The translations under genes and the position numbers were made by a program. Below, piece after piece: positions 42,817-51,800 of a stretch of 64,000 nucleotides of DNA. The stretch covers positions 4,944 through 68,943 of the IMG/VR virus record IMGVR_UViG_3300037149_000094. One strand, written 5' to 3'. The notes below the pieces were generated by a model. It had not been told where the DNA came from. It saw only the letters and a list, made by a program, of their open reading frames with translations, and did not search any database. This stretch comes from a virus. The stretch's first letter is position 1. Each line of letters begins with the position of its first letter.

Positions 42817-45800
42817 CTACTTCCTTCTTGCTGAGTTGATAGTGTCGGTGCGCTTCTTGTCGAGAAACGGCTTCAACTCTGTGCGCTCTGCTGCCGTCGT
42901 CTTGGGGTCGTCATAAACGGCCTTGGCGTCAGTATAGCTGAGGGTCTTGAAGATGCGCTCCAACTCGTCCAAATTCTTCGTGCGCGCTGCGGTCCTGGTG
43001 GAATCTTTCGTGTGGTGCTCATAGGCATATTCCTGCTCGGGAGTTAGCGGCCTATGCGGGCGCATACTCAATTCTAGATTTACCGCTGCGCTGCGATTCT
43101 CTGAGGCTGCGACTCCATGAAGCAAACCAGTAGCAGATAGGAGTTTCTTTCCGAGTCCTGCGTCTGAACTGGGATTCTGACTGAATTGGTCTACCGAGAT
43201 CGGCTCATAATCGTTCACAAGATTGTAGCTCACTCCCTGCCACAATTTGGTCTTGAGATCGTCAGCCGGATTGATGACATAGTTATCGCGCCAGTTGCGA
43301 TTCATCAGCGTCTCGGCACCTGATCTCCACGGAACGGCAATTGCCCCCTTAGCGTACCCTTTGGGGTCAAGGAAGATGTGTTCTATGTCGCGCAAGTCTG
43401 TTGGGAACGTCAACCTAAGAGGGTTTCCGCGAAGATCATCTCCTCCTACTCTCGAATGTGCCAGTTCAAGAGCAGCAGCCTGCGCATCGTTAAGGCCGAG
43501 CTTCTTCTTATCCTCTTCGATGAACTCCCACGGCCATTTCCCAGTCAAAAGTTTAGTGATTATGACGGACAAAAGGGCCGCAGTAATCAACGTAGACAGT
43601 ACGGCCCCCGCTCTCATGCCAATCTGAGGAAGGCGCGATGAGAACTCTCCAAACCCTTTACCAGAAGAGCCATTACCGCCTCCTCCATTACCTCCTGAGC
43701 CACCGTTCCCGCCGCCGCTTCCACCTTTACCACCACCAGCTCCTCCTGGCCCTTTTCCTCCTCCTCCGAATCTATCGCGCATCCTGTCGTCGAATCGGTT
43801 CGAGGTTGTTGTTTTCCCTGAAATCGGTTGCCCTGTGATCTTCTCCGTTGCCCAACGCGCCATATCGAAGGCTTCTGAAGCAGATAGTCCCGCCTCGACC
43901 ATCGCCCCGACCATCGTGTCCCAGGTACCACCCTTCCATCCTGGAGCAAGGAAGGCAAGTTGAATCGCGGACTTCACCGTGTTGTTGAGATATTGGCGTG
44001 CGTAATTCACTTCACCGAAGCGATCCTCGATTGTCGTCACTACTTGCCTCGCAAGCGTCTCTTCCGTGATCGTGCCGGCCGCCAGAGCCTCGGAATATTG
44101 GTTGAGTTTCATAGCTAACAAGTGCGAAGCGACAACCCATTTCATGCGTGGTATGTAGTGCAGCATCAGAGGATGAGCGATCATACGCAGAGTTCCTTTT
44201 GTAGCTGCCCATATAGCCTTTCCAACGTGATGGTCTTTCAACTGAGCCAGGAAGCCACTGGGTCCATCCAGCCTGAAATCGTCGTTCATTCCCCAGCGCA
44301 GGCCGCCGACAAACAATAGGTATTGCATGTGCGCGAAGTCACTGTTCGCCTCATTGAGTAACGTCCCTTCGTTGGTCAAAAGGTAACTGTCGAGGTCTTT
44401 GGCGTATTGCAGCATCTTTCCGCCACGATAGATCGTGCCATAGGGAACCTGAGGAAGATTGGCTTGGGGTTTACCAATCAGCTTGGGAACACGCTCAAGC
44501 GATGCCATGAATGTGTTGACTACGTCAGCAGCGAGTCCTGTAAGCGTCTTCGGAACTTCAAGCGTTCCCTCTAGCGCCTTCGCTATATCTAGACCGCGCA
44601 CGCCCTGATTCCAGAGAAGTTCTCCGGCCGTCTGGAATCCCGTAACCGTGGCCCAAAAAGGAATCGTGAAGTAATGGAATATTCCGAATCCAAATTTCGC
44701 CATCGTGGAAGAGGTCTTGATGTTCATGGCTACCGTGCCAAGGCTGGAGCTTCGGATTACGTCTGTGCTGAGATAGTTGTTCAGCAATCGCGCCGCATCC
44801 TTTGCCATAACCCATTCGCCAGTTTCGACAGGAATCATTCCTCCTTCTGCGGTATCGACAAGCCTCCAGACCTTCATTAAAGGATCGGGAATGCGCTCGA
44901 AATTGGGCGGCATCGGAGTCCCGCGTCGGCGAAACTTCAAGAGCCCCGCCTGCTGCGCTTGATACTTCATCTCGTGGGCTGTGGCGAATTTAACCTTCTC
45001 CTCTAGGCTGCGGAGGGCCATCACAACAGGATTCCCAATTGGCCTGCCTCCGTGTTCGATTCCTTCTCTAAGCGTCCACGACTGCTTTTTCAGAAAGTTA
45101 CGTGGAGCAAGAGGGCGTTTACCTATGCTGGCGTTGTTCCAAATAGACGCTACCTGGTCGATCTCCTTTTCCTTATCGTCTGGTTCTGCTCCTTCTTTCT
45201 TGGGACGGTGATTCCTATCCCAACGATTTGGGAAGTAATCAGCCTTGCGTGGGAATGTGATTCTGTTGGCTGCGGTGCGTCCGAGATTCACAGCGGTCTC
45301 GGCTCCGTCCATTGCCGCGTCAAGCAGTGCAGTAATCAGTTCTTGCGCTTGCTGTAGAGTTTCCGTCTCCTGCTTCCCATAGTTTGGATTCTTCGGGTTC
45401 TGGATCCTGTCTACAAATTCAACCCAATCCTTCTGCTGCATCTTGTCAAACAGTTTGCCGAGTTCTTCGAGCGCATTGGTGGCCTTGTACATCTCCCAAG
45501 CTACTGTTCCTGTGGCCCTATCCATCGCGTTCAAAGCCTTTGTATTAGCCAAAATAGTGGGAAAGAAGGTAGCAGCAATTTCATATCCGGCGCCAGCTAC
45601 CGTCTTGGAAAGCGGTTTCGCTATGTCGTCTACGAGGGTTGTCTTAATCGCTCCGTTCACGTAGTCCACCACAGGCTGCAAGAGTTTGGTGGCCAGCGGG
45701 TCGAGCGCGCCCATGCCGAGGAAAGACATTGTGACCGAACCCTTTGCGCGCTTTGGCACCTTCGGCTTGTCCAGTTCCTCCTTGGCCTTCTCGTCGTGCT

Positions 45801-48800
45801 TGCGGGCTTCCTCGATGTGCTCTGGATTCGCGTACAGCGAAATCTTGCCCATGATGGCTTTGAGCGCGTCCAGTTCCCGTCCCTCTTTGATCGTAGCTTT
45901 CATCAGGCCGTTGCTCGAAGCGAACTCTCCACCCTGCACAGTGTCCAACAACTTCGGATCGAGGAAGAACTTGCCAGCCGCAGACTTTGAGGTCTTGGTC
46001 CTGATTTCGTAGCCTTCTCTGCGATTGGACGGCCCCACCACGCCGATTTCTTGCCCGCTGCTCTGGAGGTATGCGTCTCCGGTTTCGAGGAACGAGAGCG
46101 CGCCCTCTGGAGTCCGCATGGCGTAGGTGCCGTTCACGTCGGACTTGATGTCGAACTTGGACGGCATCAGGATTCCGAGCTTCGTGGTCCCGTCGTCCAT
46201 CGTGAAGCTGATGATCCTGCCTTTGGCTCCAGTCTTCAGTTCTCCGTATGCTCCTAGGAGGTTGCCGGTGATGATCTTGGCCTTCTGCCGATCGCTGCCG
46301 TAGTCCTTGAAGAGTTGCCGCACGTCTGCATTGCGCCCCAGGTTCGACGTGACCAGCGCATCCATCTGTGAGCCGGGCACCTTGGTCTGCCGCAGGCCAC
46401 TGTTGACCGCGATGGTTAACTGGAGGGCCGATGGGGCGTAGGGGTTGCCGGATGGCTTCTTGGCGCCCTCAATGTTCGTGATGACGCCGTTGTACTGCTC
46501 CCCATTCAATTCGATTCTGACTCCGGTGCTCACCCGGTAGTCGCTCAGAAGCTGGCGGCCGCGGGTGCGCATCTGCTGCGCGCGCTCGACTGCTCCCTCA
46601 GTCGTGAGTCCTGCGAGGTACGGCTTGTAAAGCTCCTCGAAGTGCGCTGCTAGGTCACGGGCTGCCCGCGTGTCACGCTCTCTTGGGGGAAGCTGCATTG
46701 CCGCAGGACCGAAAGTATCGGCGATCTTCTCCATAACCTCTTCAGGCGTGAACGGCTTTCCTTGACGCTTGATCGAATACTCGCCGTAATGTGCGTCCTG
46801 TCCGAATGGCGAAGTGGGATCGACGCCCTGGTACATCCGCTCGATATGGGTCTCTCGCGCTGCAAAGTCATAGGTCCGGGGCTCCAGATCATTCTGACCG
46901 GTCTCGTCGAGGAAGTCGATGTAGTTGGTGTATGCCTCCGAAATCGAGTCCATGAACTCTTGCTGCTGGGAGACGGGCAGAAGGGCCGAGTGGCCGGTCG
47001 CCTTCATCGCCAGTCCCTCATTGCCTGTCGGTTCACCCTTCTCGTTCGTGTCGGCCTTCAGGCCCAACAGCCGCGCCATCTCCGGGTTGTCCCACAGGTA
47101 CTGCGCGACGATCTTGTCGCCGTACTTGTTCATCAGGTCTACAGCCTTGACCGATGTAGCCGCGCGGGTGTTGCTCGATACGTTGGCATTCAGCGACTTC
47201 ATCTTTTTGGCGAGATTGATGGCCGGTCGCTGCTCGGCTGGGAGTGCCGCAGCCAGCATGGTGTACTTCGGCAGGACCATCTGTCCGGTCCTGTTGACGC
47301 GGCCCAGGATCTGCATGACGATGTTTACATCACCAGCAGGCTGTCCGACAATCATGTGCCGGGGGCGCTGGTCGCGGAACTTCTCGCCAGCATGGAGCGA
47401 GATGCCTGTCGATCCTGCCCGGTTGATGATGAGCGCGTCCAGACCGCCGTTGTTGAACTGCGTGGCCGTGTTCACCCGGTCCTTGCGCTCGATGCCGGGC
47501 ACTGTCGCCAGCTTGGGAACATCCCCGCTATAGTCGATGCGCCAGTTGCGCCCGGTGATCTCTGCGATCTTGTAGCCAGCCTTCTCCACCTTGTTTCGGA
47601 TGTAGTCGATGGGTGAGACAGGAAGATCAACCTGGAGAGCGTCAATAAGCGCCTGAGTCTCGTCGTAGGCCTCCCGCACTTGCGGGCTGAGATCGTCGAG
47701 CGGAACCTCCACGCGGTTCTTGTTGCCCTGCTCATCGATCTCGTTGTAGTAGCGCGTCCGCATCAGGGCCCGGTCGCTGATCCGCGAGTAGTCGAGTCCT
47801 GCGAGGGAATCTCCTTCGCTCAGGTTGTGGCCCTGGATGTAGCTGTCGAGAAAAGCGCCCATTGTGTTTTCGAGGGCGAATACTGGTTTCTCCCCGCGCT
47901 CGATCGAGGCGATGATCTCGTTGGCCGCCGTGTCCGCTTTGAGGGCGAGCAGGAGCTGCTTGACGAGGTTGTGGACGATGGACGAGAACTCCATGTGCTG
48001 AACCACGACACCCTTGCTCTGTGCGCCCCCGCCTTTACGCTTGGCTTCCTTCTGAATCCTGGCAAAGTCGAGGTTATGGAAGAGCGCGTCGGCCTTCACA
48101 ATGCCCCGCAGGACCTCGGTCACCTTGTCGGAGATGCGGGTATGCTCGGCCTCGTTCTTCTCATCCACGACGTTCTTTATGTCGATCCCGTCGAAGGAAC
48201 GTTCCCGGCGCACGAACTGGCCAGTCTCAGCCAACAGGCTTGTGAGGACGGCCTGGAGCGGCGCGCCGCCGGCGGTGATGGCGTCTGCAACCAGCGCCCG
48301 GTCGGGGATAGCTGTCGAAATGTCCGTCATGCCAGCGTAGAGCGGAAGGTTGTCGGGACGCTTCGCCCAGGTGGCAGAGAGGAAGACAACGCCTTTTGAT
48401 CCTGTCAGTAACTCGGAAAGGAAGTTTCCCGTGTTCGAGTCGCCGCCAGCATTGTGGCTCTCGTCGAGGATGAAGATGGCATTTGGCGCAATCCGATGCA
48501 GGGTGAGTTGCTGCCGGTTGTCCGTGTTGATCTGCGAGTAGGTGAGGAAAACCGCATTCCGGCCCTTTGGCAGTTCCCCGGTTTCTCGTATCCTGTCGAG
48601 CACAGGACGCATGGCGCCGGGATTCTGGAATATCTTGGTTCCTGTCTTCGGGTCTGTGATCGAGGCATCGGCATTGAAGAGCAGCGGCGAGATGGTCTGT
48701 CCAGAGCCAATGTCTTGCAGGTCTGCGTACATGGGCGAGAACAGCGGCGCGCTTTCGGTCACAAAGATTGGGACATGGCCATGCAATTCGGCCCAGCGGA

Positions 48801-51800
48801 TCATGGCGGCTGCCACGCGCCCCTTGCCGACGCCGGTCTGATCGGCGTTGATCAAAGCCTTGCCGCGCTGCATCTGATAGATCGCTGCGGCGATGGCGTC
48901 CGTCTGGATGCCCATGAACGCCTCGTGCATCGTTTCCATGTCGGGATAGCCGAGCTGGTCAGTGACCCACTGGTCAATGTCGCCAACCTCGTCAGCAATC
49001 CTGTCCATGGCTGTCTGCATGGGATCAATCAGGGCCTTCGGCGCCATGACCGCAACGTCCTGCTTCGATGAGTGGGGATGATAGCTTGCTTGGAACTGAT
49101 TGCTTTCGTCCGCTAGAGCATTTGCAGAATGTCCATCAGGCTCGGCAGTTCCTCGTCTGACAGTTCGCGAGGCGGGTTGTCCTTCTGCCAATCGATCTGA
49201 CCGAGCAACATCGCCATCCGGTCTAACTGTGCTATCTGGGGAGCCCACTCTTGGACTGGCGACCCGACCGCTATGTGCGATAGGTCCGGGCTGGGGCTCG
49301 GTCCCCCCATCGCTTCCAGTTCGCGCCTCGCCCGCTTCGGGTTCTCCTGAATCAGTCGGTCGATTGCGTCCTGTAGCAGTTCGGGATACTGCTCCGGTGT
49401 CGGCGCTTTCGTCCCGCACGGGACCGCCAGCGACATTGTCGGCCGGTCGTTGCCCTGCAAGATTGGTGCCCAGATGTTCAGCGGCTTTGTCATATACTTC
49501 TCTCCATGTTTTCAGACGTGGAATGGCGGCGGCGTCCGGGCTAACCTTGGCGGAACGAACACGGCCGTCGATTGCAATCATGCGAACAGGGAACGATGCT
49601 CCCTGGCGCGAGTAGAGGTCGCCTTCCAACTCGAAGTCAGAGACGACGTTGTAGTGGGCGTACAGCCAGTTGAAGAACGGGCGGACCTGGTTCGTGATCT
49701 CGCCCGGCTTCTCCCGGTCGCCCGCGGCGATGATGATGGCTGCCTTCCCAGCATCCTTCATAGCACCCAGGGCCTTGGCGATAATCAGGTGGTCCAGCTT
49801 GACCACGTTGTAGCCATCGACCTTGACGGGTCCTGCCAGCGGGCCGAACGGGGGATTGGCGACGACGGCATCAAAGCGCATCGCAGGACCCCAGACCGTC
49901 GCATCGTTCTGCGTGACGGGGAATCCTTCATCTCTGAGCGTATCGGCCCGCGCCGGATTCAGTTCGTTGGCTTGCGTCATCTTCGGGTTGGCCGCGATGA
50001 GCAATGCACCATTGCCGGCCGTCGGCTCATAAACCGTGGTCGTGTTCCATGTGATGCCCGCGAACTTGTCTGCGATGAAAGCCAGCGGGAGAGGCGTCGA
50101 GTAGGCCTGATTGGCGATGCTGGTGCTAGTGCGGATAGAGAGGTTGGGCTGGCCCTCGTAGAGCCGGGTGAGCCGGTCGAATACCTCGTGTGCGCCCCCA
50201 GAGTTCTTGTTGACGATCTCCGAGGCGACCCGGTTCAGCATGGCCTCGTAGGCTTCTTGGGACTCCTTCATGCGAATCTGGTCTGGCTCTTCGCCGTCGA
50301 ACTCGGTGACGATCTTCTTCAGGTCGTTGTAGTTCTTGGGTCCAGCGCCGTGCTCGAACTTGAGTTGCAGGGCGTCAACGAGCGTGGCATCGGCTGCGAC
50401 TTCTGGGGCGGATGATTCGGTATGAGACGGTTGGGATTCGCTTGCTCTTGCAGCATCCACAACGGCGCTAGGTTGTCCGACATGCTTCACATCCTCGATG
50501 TTCTTGTTGACTGTTGAGCCGTTGTCTGTGATCCGTACTTTCTTGCCGTCCGTCCAGGCTACTTCTCCGGTGCGCTCCTTGCCCTTGTTGGTCCTGTAGG
50601 TTACCTTGTCGCCCTTCGCGAGCGGCTTGGCCTCCTCGCGCTTGAAAATGGGCTTGATGATGAGTTCGCCGGCCGGTCCTGCCGGCTTCGGCTCTACCGG
50701 ATTGTCGATGGCGTATGCCTGAGCTTCAGCCTTGGCACGGAGAGCATCTGCCCCTGATCTCCGGTCCTCGCCATTGAAGTAGACCATCTCGTTTTCGTAG
50801 GGATGGACCAATACCGTTCCATTGTCGTGCTCAACCTTCAGCCACCCGGTGGGCTCACGGTGAATGTCGAGCATTGGCGTGGAGTCAGCGCGCATGAGCG
50901 CCATCTCGGAAGTGTGCTGGCTCACCCGTACAGGTTCAGGCTTGATAGGCTTCTCAGCCGGCTTGAGTCCTGCCGCGTACTGCTCTGGCGTAAGTTCAGT
51001 CCCAAACGCGAGATTGAAGTCGAAGAAAGGTTTGTCGCTCGGGTCGTGATTCGTGGCCGCAACCGCAAACGAGGAGAACGCGGCCCGCACTTTGTCGATC
51101 GGCTCGTCCAGCTTCTTGAGGATGGCCTCGATGACAGGACCCTGCTCGTAAGTGTCCTGTCCACGGAAGATTTGCCCGTACCGCTCGGTGGCCGCGACGA
51201 TCTGGTCTTGGAGGTTCCAGCCTTCCCCGGCAGACTGGATGGCCTTAATTGCTCCCATAGTGCCCAAGAGCTTTTGTTTCAGGAACTTGGGCGTTTGCTC
51301 TATCACTGCTGGGGGCAACAGTTCGGCGAGTAGGGCATCCCCTACTTTGGCTTTGGCGGAAGTGGTCAGTAATCCTGTTTTTGGGTTCACGTTGTCTGCA
51401 CTATTGGTGATAATACCATCGTTCACCAGAGCCTGAGCAATAAAGTTTCCGGTGTCCTTGTGCCGCAGAACGTCGTCGAGCGTGGCTGTGGGGTCTGTAG
51501 AGGCGTGGTCATCGACCAAGACGGTGAGTCCTGTTGCGGCCTCGGGGGGCAACTTTACTGGCTCGGATAACGCAACCTCTGGGGCCGATTTCGTTATTGG
51601 GGATTCTGACCCCGAAATGTTTCGTTTTGGCTCTTCGGAAGACGGGGACGATACCGGCTGCGCACCTGGAGCGGAAGTGATACCTTCGCCCTCTTGCGGC
51701 TCTTTGCTGCCGGCGGTCCCCGCCTCCGTCTCAACGTCTTCGGCCTTCAGTTCGACCGGCTTCTGCTCGGCGGCAGGACTCTCACCTTTCCACTTGGCCG

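Noticed and set aside
43614..43958. Second nested ORF in the giant gene
   Set aside because: Off-frame read of the GGN-rich glycine linker; no clear RBS.
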